Shown here one piece after another: positions 42,200-51,983 of a stretch of DNA of 64,000 bases. The notes beneath the pieces are model-generated. The model did not search any database and was not told the origin of the DNA. It saw only the letters and a program-made list of their open reading frames with translations. Positions within the stretch are counted from its first letter, which is position 1, and each line of letters begins with the position of its first letter. Origin of the DNA: an uncultured Solirubrobacterales bacterium (lineage in GTDB: Bacteria > Actinomycetota > Thermoleophilia > Solirubrobacterales > 70-9); assembly GCA_963728755.1 (NCBI GenBank), contig CAVSLI010000001.1, forward strand, positions 93,524 through 157,523. Direction: 5' to 3'. The position numbers and the translations under genes were made by a program.

Positions 42200-42208
42200 C
42201 GGCCGACC

Positions 42209-42973
42209 CTACACGCCGAGCGCCGCGCTCAGGGCCAACATCCCTGCCGCGCCGATCAGGGTGCCGAGGGCAGCCTTGGGGTGGTCTCCCCGAAAGGCGT
42301 CGGGGAGGAGATCGACGATCACGAGGGCGAGCATGGCGCCGGCGGCGAACCCGAACGAGACCGGCAACAGTGGCTCGATCTGCTCGACCAACAGAAACGC
42401 GACCACTGCGCCGACCGGCTGCGGGATGCTGGTCGCCACCGCCGCCCAGAACTGGCGCATGGGAGAGAACCCCGCAGCCGCCATCGGGATCGCGACGCTT
42501 GTCCCCTCTGGGATGTTCTGCACGGCAATCGCCGTGATCACGAACAGGCTCAGGCCGGCGGTGTCGGACGCATAAGCCGTGCCGATCGCGAATCCCTCGG
42601 GCAGGCTGTGCACGAGCAAGACCATGAAAACGAGCAGCCAGGTCCGCGGGCCAGCACTAAAGGCACGTTCCACGTGCCGCTCACGAGCCTGCAGCGCACG
42701 ACGAACCAGCAGGACGAAGAGCGTGCCTGCCGCCAGACCGGAGAAGACCGATACCGCCGACCCCTGGTCCAATCCGGGAAGGAGCAGACCCGCGACGGAG
42801 GCGACGCCCATCGCTCCTGCGGCGATCCCGACCAGCAGCGGGCGCAGGGCCGCGGCGCGCTCACCCAACAGGAACACGGGAATGGCGCCGAGGCCCGTGG
42901 CGAGGGCGGTCCCCGTCGCCGCGAGGAGGAGAGCCGGCACGGAGCGGCAGGCTAGCTGCACCCGGGCTGGCAT
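42209..42973 (-). CDS. ZIP family divalent-metal transporter (ZupT-like)
   Basis: Track ORF 42209..43021; ATG at 42973 (MPARVQLACRSVPALLL) gives about 254 aa. HSLPEGFAIG and NIPEGTSVA motifs, 8 TM. Confidence 0.8.
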   Translation of the reverse strand: MPARVQLACRSVPALLLAATGTALATGLGAIPVFLLGERAAALRPLLVGIAAGAMGVASVAGLLLPGLDQGSAVSVFSGLAAGTLFVLLVRRALQARERHVERAFSAGPRTWLLVFMVLLVHSLPEGFAIGTAYASDTAGLSLFVITAIAVQNIPEGTSVAIPMAAAGFSPMRQFWAAVATSIPQPVGAVVAFLLVEQIEPLLPVSFGFAAGAMLALVIVDLLPDAFRGDHPKAALGTLIGAAGMLALSAALGV

Positions 42974-43032
42974 CGGCGAAGGGCGCGGCGTAGTGTTCGG
43001 CCCGGCTTGATCTCCGCGCACGCAACGAATCG

Positions 43033-44217
43033 GTGAGCGGCGCCCCCGAGGCCCGCGAGGGCCAGACGCCGGCGGTGATCTCGCGCGAGGCCCTGGACGA
43101 GCTGATCGCCGAGCTCTCGCGGCGCGGGCATACGGTGATCGGGCCGACGGTTCGCGACCGGGCGATCCTCTACGAGGAGATCTCCTCCACGGCCGATCTG
43201 CCGGAGGGCCTGACGGACGAGCAGGAGGGCGGCACCTACCGCCTCAGGGAGCGAGACGACGCGGCGCTGTTCGGCTACAACGTCGGCCCGAACTCCTGGA
43301 AGAGCCATCTGTTTCCGGCGACGCTGACACTGTGGCGGGGCCGAAGGGGCGAGGACGGCGAGATCAGCTTCGAGCCCGAGGAGCGCGAAACGCCGCGCTA
43401 CGCCTTCATCGGGGTGCGCTCCTGCGATCTCGCGGCGATCGGAGTCCAGGACAAGGTCTTCATAGGCAACGGCTACAGCGATCCCGACTACGAGGCCCGG
43501 CGCAGTGACGCCTTCATCGTCGCCGTCAACTGCTCCAAGGCGGGCAACACCTGCTTCTGCGTCTCGATGGAGACCGGGCCGAAGGCGAAGAGCGGTTTCG
43601 ATCTCGCCCTGACCGAGCTGATCGACGCGGCGGGACACCGGTTTCTGGTCGAGGTCGGCAGCGAGGCTGGAGCCGATCTGCTCGCGGCAATCGGCTCCCG
43701 GCCGGCGCAAAGGATCGACGAGGACGAAGCCCTGGCGGTCTCCGAGGGCTGCGCCTCCCAGATGGGCCGGGAGCTCGACACCGATGGGATCAAGGAGCTG
43801 CTCTACCGGAACATGGAACACCCGCGCTGGGATGAGGTCTCCGAGCGCTGCCTGACCTGCGGCAACTGCACCCTGGTCTGCCCGACCTGCTTCTGCCACA
43901 CCGTCGAGGACGTCACCGATCTCGCCGGGGAGGAAGCCGAGCGCGTCCGCCTGCTCGACTCCTGCTTCAACCTCGACCACTCCCACATCCACGGCGGCAG
44001 CGTCCGCAACTCGCCGCGCTCGCGGTATCGCCAGTGGATGACGCACAAGCTCGCCACCTGGATCGATCAGTTCGGCACATCCGGCTGCGTGGGCTGCGGA
44101 CGCTGCATCACCTGGTGCCCGGTTGCGATCGACATCACCGAGGAGGCGGCGGCGATCCGTGCCACCGACCTCGGCGCCGACTCCAACGAGGACAGGGGGA
44201 TCAGTGCAGACCATTGA
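43033..44217 (+). CDS. hyhB: Group-3b-type hydrogenase beta subunit (4Fe-4S, AsrA/HydB-like)
   Basis: 394-aa ORF, GTG start. Cysteine clusters [16 protein letters not shown] and [12 protein letters not shown], plus [10 protein letters not shown]. First gene of the operon. Confidence 0.8.
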   Translation: MSGAPEAREGQTPAVISREALDELIAELSRRGHTVIGPTVRDRAILYEEISSTADLPEGLTDEQEGGTYRLRERDDAALFGYNVGPNSWKSHLFPATLTLWRGRRGEDGEISFEPEERETPRYAFIGVRSCDLAAIGVQDKVFIGNGYSDPDYEARRSDAFIVAVNCSKAGNTCFCVSMETGPKAKSGFDLALTELIDAAGHRFLVEVGSEAGADLLAAIGSRPAQRIDEDEALAVSEGCASQMGRELDTDGIKELLYRNMEHPRWDEVSERCLTCGNCTLVCPTCFCHTVEDVTDLAGEEAERVRLLDSCFNLDHSHIHGGSVRNSPRSRYRQWMTHKLATWIDQFGTSGCVGCGRCITWCPVAIDITEEAAAIRATDLGADSNEDRGISADH

Positions 44218-44668
44218 GCAGCTGCTCGTCGAGGCCCCCGCCTTCAACGAGATGTCGCCCGAGCAGCTGGAGCTGATCGCCGGCTGCGCGCAGAACCGGG
44301 TCTTCGAGGACGGCGAGTACCTGATGCGCGAGGGAGACCCCGCTGACAGCTTCTACGTGATTCGCCTCGGGCGTGTCGCGCTCGAGATCTTCGTACCCCA
44401 GCGGGGCGCCGTGACGATCGAGACCATCGACGACGGTGGCCTGGTCGGCTGGTCCTGGCTGGTGCCTCCCTATCGCTGTCATCTCGACGCCCGGGCGCTC
44501 GGCGGGGCTCACGTCGTCGCCTTCGACGCCGCCTGCCTGCGCGGCAAGGCCGATCAGGACCCGGTCCTCGGCTATGAGCTGATGCGCCGCTTCATCCCGG
44601 TGATCGTCGAGCGCCTACAGGCAACCCGAGTCCAGATGCTCGACGTCTACGGCCACGTCGCGAGCTGA
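44204..44668 (+). CDS. cNMP-binding-like domain protein encoded inside the hydrogenase operon (degenerate phosphate-binding cassette)
   Basis: GTG at 44204, in frame with track ORF 44123..44668 and preceded by [55 protein letters not shown] has the cNMP beta-barrel pattern. The cassette reads [21 protein letters not shown] instead of FGE...R[ST]A. Confidence 0.75.
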   Translation: MQTIEQLLVEAPAFNEMSPEQLELIAGCAQNRVFEDGEYLMREGDPADSFYVIRLGRVALEIFVPQRGAVTIETIDDGGLVGWSWLVPPYRCHLDARALGGAHVVAFDAACLRGKADQDPVLGYELMRRFIPVIVERLQATRVQMLDVYGHVAS

Positions 44669-44669
44669 G

Positions 44670-45500
44670 ATGTCGCAACTGGCCGATCCGATGTTGCCCA
44701 GCGCCTATTTGGTGACGGACAAGAGCCAGGAGCTCGAGGACACCTGGACCCTCCAGCTCGAGCCCGCCGGCGGAGCCGCCATCGGCGAGTTCCGCCCAGG
44801 CCAGTTCTCGATGCTCTACGCGTTCGGGGCCGGCGAGGTACCGATCTCGGTCAGCTCAATCGATCCCGGCGGACCCCTGGTCCACACGGTGCAGGCGGTG
44901 GGAGCGGCCACCCGCGCGATCTGCGCCGCCAAGCCCGGCGACCAGCTCGGGGTCCGCGGTCCGTTCGGGAACAGCTGGCCCCTGGAGCAGGCGGAGGGCG
45001 GCGACGTGGTGGTCGTCACCGGCGGCATCGGCCTGGCGCCGCTGCGCCCGGCGGTTGAGCACCTGATCGCCAACCGCGACAGCTACCGGGCGGTGGCACT
45101 GCTCTACGGGGCCCGGTCGCCCGACGAGATGCTGTTCTTCAGCGAGCTCCAGCGCTGGCGGGAGGCGGGGATAGACGTCAAGTACACGGTGGATACCGCC
45201 GCCGGGAAGTGGGACGGGCGGGTCGGCCTGGTGACCAAGCTGATCCCGATCACCGGTTTCCAGGGACCCCGGACGACGGCGCTCGTCTGCGGGCCCGAGG
45301 TGATGATGCGCTTCGTCTCCACGGCGCTCCAGGACCGCCGGGTGCCCGCCGACGGGATTCATGTCTCGCTCGAGCGAAACATGAAGTGCGCGGTCGGCCA
45401 CTGCGGCCGCTGCCAGCTCGCCCATCGCTTCGTCTGCAAGGACGGGCCGGTCTTCCCGGTCGGGCGGATCGGCACCCTGCTCGGTGTGAGGGAGCTGTGA
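44670..45500 (+). CDS. hyhG: Group-3b-type hydrogenase gamma subunit (FAD/NAD(P)-binding, 2Fe-2S; AsrB/HydG-like)
   Basis: 276-aa ORF. FNR-like fold ([21 protein letters not shown]), C-terminal [11 protein letters not shown]...FVCKDGPVF cluster. Confidence 0.82.
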   Translation: MSQLADPMLPSAYLVTDKSQELEDTWTLQLEPAGGAAIGEFRPGQFSMLYAFGAGEVPISVSSIDPGGPLVHTVQAVGAATRAICAAKPGDQLGVRGPFGNSWPLEQAEGGDVVVVTGGIGLAPLRPAVEHLIANRDSYRAVALLYGARSPDEMLFFSELQRWREAGIDVKYTVDTAAGKWDGRVGLVTKLIPITGFQGPRTTALVCGPEVMMRFVSTALQDRRVPADGIHVSLERNMKCAVGHCGRCQLAHRFVCKDGPVFPVGRIGTLLGVREL

Positions 45501-46324
45501 GCCAGGAGCGACCCAAGCTCGCGGTCTGGAAGTTCGCGTCCTGCGACGGCTGCCAGCTCTCGCTTCTTGACTTCGAGCGCGAGCTGGTCTCCCTCCCGGA
45601 CCAGATCGAGGTCGCCTACTTCCTGGAGGCGACCCGTGGCGAGGTGGATGGCCCCTATGACCTCTCCCTGGTCGAGGGCTCGATCACCACGCCGCACGAC
45701 GCCGAGCGGATCAAGGAGGTGCGGGCGAAGTCGCGGCGCCTGGTGACGATCGGCGCCTGCGCGACCTCGGGCGGCATCCAGGCGCTGAGGAACTTCGCCG
45801 ACGTCGAGGACTTCGTGTCGGTCGTCTACGCCTCGCCGGATTACATCTCGACGCTCGAGACCTCGACGCCGATCTCCGCCAACGTCCACGTCGACTTCGA
45901 GCTCCAGGGCTGCCCGGTGAACAGGCACCAGCTCCTCGAGGTGATCAGCGCCTTCGTCAACGAGCGCAAGCCGGCGATCGCCAGCCACTCGGTCTGCGTC
46001 GAGTGCAAGCGGGCGGGGAACGTCTGCGTGATGGTCGCCCACGGCACGCCCTGCCTCGGGCCGGTCACCCACGCCGGCTGCGGTGCGCTCTGCCCCAGCT
46101 ACGACCGCGGCTGCTACGGCTGCTTCGGGCCGATGGAGTCGCCCAATGCGCCGTCGCTGTCGGGCTGGTTCGAGGGTCTCGGCATGGACGAGGTCGACGT
46201 GATCCGCGTCTACCGGACCTTCCACACCGCGCGCGAGCCGTTCCAGACGCAGTCCGAGAAGCTCGGCGCCCCGCCCGGCCCGAAAGTGGGCCCGTCGCCC
46301 TCGGACCCGGAGAGCGGTGCCTGA
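45497..46324 (+). CDS. hyhS: [NiFe] hydrogenase small (delta) subunit, group 3 type
   Basis: GTG at 45497 (GTGA overlap with hyhG) in the frame of track ORF 45209..46324. [44 protein letters not shown]...[30 protein letters not shown]. Confidence 0.85.
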   Translation: MSQERPKLAVWKFASCDGCQLSLLDFERELVSLPDQIEVAYFLEATRGEVDGPYDLSLVEGSITTPHDAERIKEVRAKSRRLVTIGACATSGGIQALRNFADVEDFVSVVYASPDYISTLETSTPISANVHVDFELQGCPVNRHQLLEVISAFVNERKPAIASHSVCVECKRAGNVCVMVAHGTPCLGPVTHAGCGALCPSYDRGCYGCFGPMESPNAPSLSGWFEGLGMDEVDVIRVYRTFHTAREPFQTQSEKLGAPPGPKVGPSPSDPESGA

Positions 46325-47620
46325 GAACGGCGAGACCCGCACGATCCGCACCGAGGCGCTCGCCCGAGTCGAGGGCGAGGGCGCGATGCAGATCAGGATC
46401 CGCGACGGGGAGGTCGAGAACGTCGAGCTCCAGATCTATGAGCCACCGCGCTTCTTCGAAGCCTTCCTGCGCGGCCGCTCCTTCACGGAGGCGCCCGACA
46501 TCACCGCGCGGATCTGCGGCATCTGTCCGGTCGCCTACATGACGAGTGCCTTCAACGCGATGGAGGACGCGCTCGGAGTGGAGGTCTCGGACGGGATCCG
46601 GGCGCTGCGGCGCCTGATGTATTGCGGGGAGTGGATCGAGTCGCATTCGCTCCATGTCTTCCTGCTCCACGCCCCGGACTTCCTCGGCTTCGAGTCTGCC
46701 TGGGCGATGGCGCGAGATCACCGCGAGGTGGTCGAGGGCGGCCTCAAGATCAAGGCGACCGGGAACGACCTGCTGCGGACGATCGGCGGCCGGGCCATCC
46801 ACCCGATCAACGTCCGCGTCGGCGGCTTCTTCAAGGCGCCGAGCCGTTCGGAACTCGATGCCCTGGTTCCCGGCCTGGAGGAGGCGCGCGAGCTGGCGCG
46901 CACAAGTCGGTCGCCTGGGTGTCGAAGCTCGACTTCCCCGACTTCGAGCAGGACTACCAGTTCGTCGCGCTGCATCATCCCGACCGCTACGCGATCGAGG
47001 ACGGGCGGCTGGTCTCCTCCTCTGGCCTCGACATCGGTCCAGGGGAGTACGAGGAGCACTTCACCGAGTTGCAGGTCCCGCACTCGACGGCGCTGCAGTC
47101 CCGGATGACGGACGGAGGCACCTACTTCCTCGGGCCCATGGCCCGTTACTCGCTCAACTCGGCGCAGCTCTCTGAGCTCGCCCGCGAGGCCGCCGAGGAG
47201 GCGGGCCTCGGTGAGAGCTGCCGCAACCCCTTCAAGTCGATCGTGGTGCGCGCGGTCGAGATCCTCTACGCCTTCGATGAGGCGCTTCGGCTGATTGCCG
47301 ACTACGAACCGCCCGACCCGCCCGCGGTGGACTCCGCGGCAAGGACTTCGGTGGGCACCGGCTGGAGCGAGGCGCCGCGCGGCATGCTCTGGCACCGCTA
47401 CCGGCTGGAGGAGGACGGCTCGATCGCCGAGGCCCGGATCGTCCCCCCCACCTCCCAGAACCAGGCCCGGATCGAGCAGGACCTGCTGGAGTTCGTCCGG
47501 CCGCGAGTCGACCTGTCCGACGATCGTCTGCAGTGGGAATGCGAGCAGGCGATCCGCAATTACGACCCCTGCATCTCCTGCTCCACGCACTTTCTGAAGC
47601 TGGACGTGGATCGGACGTAG
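46317..47620 (+). pseudogene. hyhL: [NiFe] hydrogenase large (alpha) subunit, group 3b type; one frame break near 46900
   Basis: N-terminal part (track ORF 46317..47108): [17 protein letters not shown]..., N-terminal Ni-ligand motif [11 protein letters not shown]-terminal part (ORF 46622..47620): ...GWSEAPRGMLWHRY..., C-terminal Ni-ligand motif DPCISCSTHFL. Junction ELAR / [14 protein letters not shown]. Confidence 0.85.
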
Positions 47621-47645
47621 CGCACGATCCGAGACGGGCTGATCC

Positions 47646-48311
47646 GTGCCGCGCACATTCATCCACAAGGAGATCCGGCCTACCGACCCGGCCTTCCTCC
47701 ACGACCAGCGCCAGTTCCTCGAGCGGCAGTGGGGCGTGCTGCACATGATGGAGCGCGAGCGCGAACATCTGACCCGTGACATCGAGCACGCGAGGTCGCT
47801 GGCGGCGAGGGCCGGGATTCCGATCGACCGCGAGGTCGAGCTGGAGAAAGACAAGAAGCTGCTCTCGCTGATCGGCATCGGCAACCGCTTCCGCCGCGAC
47901 GACGGCGCCGGGCTCGAGGTCGTGCGCCGGCTGCGCCTCGCTCATCCGCCGGGAGTGGTCCTGATCGAGCAGGAGGGCGAGCCGGCCTCGCTGATCGAGG
48001 CCTGGAGCACCGCCGACGAGGCGCTCGTGGTCGACGGGATCAGCTCGGGCTCGATGCCGGGAAGGCTTCATCGCTTCGATGTCACCGAGGCCCCGCTTCC
48101 CGCCGAGATCTTCAATCCCTCCACCCATGCGATGGGGCTTCCCGAGGCGGTGGAGCTGGCGCGCGAGCTCGACCGGCTCCCGGGGCGGCTCGTCGTCTAC
48201 GCGATCGAGGGGGAGACCTTCGAAGCGGGGGAGGGTCTCTCGGCGCCCGTCCAGAAGACGGTCGAGAAGCTCGTGATGGACCTCTACCACGAGCTCAGCG
48301 GGGCGAGCTGA
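47646..48311 (+). CDS. Hydrogenase maturation endopeptidase with an about 70-aa N-terminal extension
   Basis: 221-aa ORF, GTG start. The conserved protease core starts about nt 47859 (LLSLIGIGNRFRRDDGAGLEV...PSTHAMG). No ATG/GTG at that point, and the upstream 70 codons have coding-like GC3. Confidence 0.75.
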   Translation: MPRTFIHKEIRPTDPAFLHDQRQFLERQWGVLHMMEREREHLTRDIEHARSLAARAGIPIDREVELEKDKKLLSLIGIGNRFRRDDGAGLEVVRRLRLAHPPGVVLIEQEGEPASLIEAWSTADEALVVDGISSGSMPGRLHRFDVTEAPLPAEIFNPSTHAMGLPEAVELARELDRLPGRLVVYAIEGETFEAGEGLSAPVQKTVEKLVMDLYHELSGAS

Positions 48312-48312
48312 T

Positions 48313-48520
48313 CACGAGCTGGCCGTCGCGAAGGCGATCGTGGCCGCGGCCGAGTGCCGCGGAGTGGGGCCCGGCGCCGCCGCCAGCGCGCAACGGTGAC
48401 GTGCTGGTCGTCCGCTTCCGCTGTCCCGAATGCGAGTCGGCAGACCACCGCGTGGTCAGCGGCGACGAGCTGGTGGTCGAGTCCATTGACGTCACCGAGC
48501 CCGCCGTGGGCGCCCCCTAG
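48313..48520 (+). pseudogene. hypA: hypA remnant (no start codon, internal frame break, middle third missing)
   Basis: HELAVAKAIVAAAE (HypA N-terminus without ATG: TGATCACGAG where TGATGCACGAG would give a coupled start) and ...VVRFRCPECESADHRVVSGDELVVESIDV-stop (HypA C-terminus). Only one CxxC pair, about 70 codons in total where I recall about 110-115 for HypA. Confidence 0.6.
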
Positions 48521-48572
48521 GTAAGAGATCTCTCACCCGGGCCTTAGCGGCGGCTCATTCCGGCCGGCCACG

Positions 48573-48788
48573 ATGACCCGCGTGAAGCTCAAGGTCCAGA
48601 TAGACAGGGACGCGTGCCTCGCCTACGGCGACTGTGCCGAGTTGGCGCCCGAGGCGTTCGAGGTCGACGACACCGCTCACCTGGTTGGTAGCGCGCCCCT
48701 GCGGCAGATGGTCGAGGCGGCTCGCGCCTGCCCCTCGGAGGCGATCACATTGATCGATGCCGAGACCGGCGAGCAGATCGCGCCCTAG
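48573..48788 (+). CDS. Small single-cluster ferredoxin
   Basis: 71-aa ORF. IDRDACLAYGDCAELAPEAFEV...ARACPSEAITL, the pattern of actinobacterial 3Fe-4S/4Fe-4S ferredoxins. Confidence 0.8.
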   Translation: MTRVKLKVQIDRDACLAYGDCAELAPEAFEVDDTAHLVGSAPLRQMVEAARACPSEAITLIDAETGEQIAP

Positions 48789-50221
48789 TCCGCGCGGTAG
48801 CCCGGGATCGAGAAGCGGACGGTCGCGCCGTCACCCGGAGGGGACTCGGCTGCGATGGAGCCCCCGTGCGCCTCGACGATCGCCCGCGCGATCGCCAGCC
48901 CGAGCCCACTGCCTCCCTCGGTGCGGCTGCGCCCCTCGTCGGTCCGGTGGAAGCGATCGAAGATCCGGCCGAGCCGATCGGGTGCGATCCCGGTGCCGTC
49001 GTCGCTGACGGCAAAGATCGCCGAGCCGTTCTCGGAGGCGATCGAGATGTCGATGCGGCCGTCGCCGCCGGTGTGGCGCACCGCATTGGTGACCAGGTTG
49101 CGCAGAACCTGGGCGAGCCGGTCGGGGTCGGCCTCGAGGTCGCCGTGCAGGTTCGACTCGACGCTGTAGTGGCGTGAGCCGAGCAGCGGCAGATCGCGAC
49201 GGAGGTCCTCGACGAAGTCGTCCAGCGGAACGCGCCGTGTCTGCAGCAGCCCACCGCGCTCGGCCTTTGCCAGCGTGAGCATGTCGTCGCTGAGCCGCTC
49301 CATACGGCGCACCTCGCGCATCAGCTCCTCGGTTTCGGCCTCGACAGCCTCGCGGTCGCCCGTGTGGTCGGCCAGCTGCTCGATTCGCCCCCGGAGCACC
49401 GTGAGCGGGCTGCGCAATTCGTGCGAAGCGTCGGAGACGAAGTCGCGCTGCAGGCGAAAGCCCTCCTCGAGGCGGTCCAGCATGTGATTGAAGGCCTCGG
49501 CGAGAACGCCGACCTCGTCCTCGCCGCTGTAGTCGATCCGGTGGGAGAGATCCCCGGAGTCGACAGCCGAGGCGACGGCCGCCATTCGCCGCAGCGGCCG
49601 CGAGATCACGTTCGCGAGCCAGATCGCGATCACCACGGAGAGCAGCAGGGCACCGAGCCCCACCACGATGAAGCGGTTACGCAGCGAAGCGAGCGCCTGG
49701 TCGACGGAGGTGAGCGGATCCGCGACGCGGAAGGTGCCGATCCTGGTGCCGTCAACCACGACCGGCTGGGTCAGCACCCGGAGCTTCCCGGTCTCGTCCG
49801 TCGAGATCGTGGTCTGGCCGTCACCCGCGGAGACGATGCCCTCGGCCTCGGCCTCGTTGTTCTCGCCCTCCGAGCGGCTCTCGGCGAGCTCCTCGTCGAC
49901 GATCCGGTTCTGGTTGGTGACGGGAGCGAGACCCTGAGGCGAGATCAGATAGATGCGGGCCTCGGGGTGGTAGCGCTGCCCGGCGACGAAGCGCTCCCCC
50001 GCCGCCCGCAGCCCGGCCGGATCCCGGACGTTGCCGCCGCTGAGCACGCGCTGCTGGAACTCGGCGTACTGCTCGTTCAGCTCACGGTCGATGCGGCTGC
50101 GCAGGTTGGCGGCCGTCGTCTCATGGAGTGCGAAGAAGCTCCCCGCCACCGCCGCGATGCTGACGGCGGAGATCGCGAGGACCAGCCGCAGCCGGATGCC
50201 CCGCGGGACCCAGCTAGGCAT
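48785..50221 (-). CDS. Two-component sensor histidine kinase (TM-sensor-HAMP-HisKA-HATPase)
   Basis: 478-aa ORF. Two TM segments, HAMP, H-box ASHELRSPLTVL, NLVTNAVRHT, DDGTGI, GGSGLGLAI. Confidence 0.88.
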   Translation of the reverse strand: MPSWVPRGIRLRLVLAISAVSIAAVAGSFFALHETTAANLRSRIDRELNEQYAEFQQRVLSGGNVRDPAGLRAAGERFVAGQRYHPEARIYLISPQGLAPVTNQNRIVDEELAESRSEGENNEAEAEGIVSAGDGQTTISTDETGKLRVLTQPVVVDGTRIGTFRVADPLTSVDQALASLRNRFIVVGLGALLLSVVIAIWLANVISRPLRRMAAVASAVDSGDLSHRIDYSGEDEVGVLAEAFNHMLDRLEEGFRLQRDFVSDASHELRSPLTVLRGRIEQLADHTGDREAVEAETEELMREVRRMERLSDDMLTLAKAERGGLLQTRRVPLDDFVEDLRRDLPLLGSRHYSVESNLHGDLEADPDRLAQVLRNLVTNAVRHTGGDGRIDISIASENGSAIFAVSDDGTGIAPDRLGRIFDRFHRTDEGRSRTEGGSGLGLAIARAIVEAHGGSIAAESPPGDGATVRFSIPGYRAD

Positions 50222-50892
50222 CCGCGCTCACCAAGCGGTAGCCGGCTGAGCGAACGGTCTGGATCGGCGCCTGCCCGTCGACCTCGGCGAGCTTGCGGCG
50301 CAGGTAGCCGATGTAGACGTCCAGGACGTTGGTCCCAGGGTCGTAGTCGTAGCCCCAGACCGCGTTCAGGATCTGAGCGCGAGAGAGCACCTGGTCGGGA
50401 TAGCGCATCAGATAGGCGAGCAGCTCGAACTCGCGCGCCGTCAGCTTGACGCCGTGGCCGTCTCGCGCAACCTCGCGGGTGCGGAAGTCGAGGCTGATGC
50501 CGCCGACCTCCAGCGAGGAGGCGTTGGCCTGGCCGGGCCGGCGCAGTGTGCGACCGGATCCGCGCCAGGAACTCAGCGAACACAAACGGCTTGGTCAGGT
50601 AGTCGCTGGCGCCGAGGTCCAGCCCGGTGACGACGTCGTCGGTCTCGGCCAGGGCGGTCAGCATGATCACGGGGAGGATCTCGTCGGTCTCGCGGATGGC
50701 CTTGACCACCTCGAGGCCGCTCAGCCCGGGCAGCAGGACGTCCAGGACGACCAGGGAGTAGTCGCCGGTCCGCGCGAGCGCCAGGCCGTCCTCGCCGTCG
50801 TAGGCGCAGGCGACCGAGTAGCCCTCGGCCTTCAGCCCGCGCTGGATGAACTCCGCGATGGAGCGCTCGTCCTCGACCACCAGGATGCGCAT
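50214..50892 (-). pseudogene. OmpR-family response regulator; one frame break near 50550
   Basis: Receiver MRILVVEDERSIAEFIQRGL...LVVLDVLLPGLSG...LTKPF in track ORF 50077..50892. The winged helix LEVGGISLDFRTREVARDGHGVKLTAREFELLAYLM...GYRLV is in ORF 50214..50585. Stop overlaps the kinase start. Confidence 0.85.
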
Positions 50893-50963
50893 GCGGCGAA
50901 TGCTAGGAGGACTCTACGGGGCGCCGGGGCCCTTCTAAGAGAATTCTCATCCGGGCTTACGGA

Positions 50964-51983
50964 GTGTTCATCGCTGGCGACGACGATCTCGTCGTGATTC
51001 CCCAGCCGCGGCAGCCGTATTTCGAGCACGACCGCCGCTTCAAGCTCTTCGGTTCACGGGTCCGGCTCCTGATCGGCGAACCGGTCCGGCCTGGACTTCC
51101 CTCGCCCGAGGCGATGGGGATCCAGATCGAGTTCTTCCTCAGGGTGCTGCACCGCAAGCTGACCCGCTTCGATCCCGGCAGCGAGCTCTGCGCGCTGAAC
51201 GCGGGGCCGGGCGAGTCCTGCTCCGTCAGCCCAACCCTGGCGGTTGCCGTCGATGCGGCGCTCTGGGCCGCGCGGCGCTCCGGCGGTCTCGTGGACCCGA
51301 CCCTGGTGGGAGAGCTCGAGGACGCGGGCTATGCGACCTCGCGCGCCGATCTCCCGCCGGAGAGCATCCCCGAGGCTCTGGCGGTCGCGCCGGAGAGGCA
51401 GCCCGCCAGGCCCCGGGCGGACTCTCGCTGGCGCGGCATCTCCGTCGACGCGGTCGCGGGGGTCGTGGATAGACCGGCCGGGGTCCGAATCGACACCGGT
51501 GGCAGTGGCAAGGGGCTCGCCGCCGACCTGGCCGCCGAGCGCTTGGGCGGCTACTCGACCTTCGTGGTTGACGCCGGGGGCGACCTGCGACTCGGTGGCG
51601 AGCGCCCGCTCGAGCGCCTGGTCCGCATCGACCATCCGCTCGATGACCGGTCCGCCCACGAGTTCATGCTCGACCGCGGGGCCGTCGCGACCAGCGGGAT
51701 CAAGACTCGCCTCTGGCGCACGGACGGCGGCTTCGCCCACCACCTGCTCGACCCGTCGACCGGGCTTCCCGCCTGGACGGGCCTGATCCAGGCGACTTCG
51801 CTCGGCACCACGGCCCTGGAGGCCGAGACCCTCGCCAAGATGGCGTTTCTGTCGGGTCCGGACGGGGCGCGGGAGATCCTCTCCGAGCACGGCGGGCTGA
51901 TGGTCCTCGACGACGGCCGAGTCGAGCTCTGCGGCCAGCTGGCCGAGCGGCCGCGCGACCCAGCCCAGGCGGTCGCGGCGTGA
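50964..51983 (+). CDS. apbE: ApbE family FAD:protein FMN transferase (no signal peptide or lipobox seen)
   Basis: 339-aa ORF, GTG start. FDPGSELCALN, VDPTLVGELEDAGY, DTGGSGKGLAADLAAE, AVATSGIKTRLW...HHLLDPSTGLPA. The N-terminus MFIAGDDDLVVIPQPRQ is not hydrophobic. Confidence 0.85.
   Translation: MFIAGDDDLVVIPQPRQPYFEHDRRFKLFGSRVRLLIGEPVRPGLPSPEAMGIQIEFFLRVLHRKLTRFDPGSELCALNAGPGESCSVSPTLAVAVDAALWAARRSGGLVDPTLVGELEDAGYATSRADLPPESIPEALAVAPERQPARPRADSRWRGISVDAVAGVVDRPAGVRIDTGGSGKGLAADLAAERLGGYSTFVVDAGGDLRLGGERPLERLVRIDHPLDDRSAHEFMLDRGAVATSGIKTRLWRTDGGFAHHLLDPSTGLPAWTGLIQATSLGTTALEAETLAKMAFLSGPDGAREILSEHGGLMVLDDGRVELCGQLAERPRDPAQAVAA

Noticed and set aside
46317-47620. Programmed frameshift or selenocysteine-type recoding in the hydrogenase large subunit
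   Set aside because: The break near 46900 has no slippery heptamer, and there is no in-frame TGA at the Ni-ligand positions (both CxxC motifs encode Cys). It resembles the many other 1-nt breaks in the window.
50939-50948. GAGAATTCTC palindrome between the response regulator and apbE as a response-regulator binding site
   Set aside because: OmpR-family regulators usually bind direct repeats. A single 10-bp palindrome containing an EcoRI site is weak evidence on its own.
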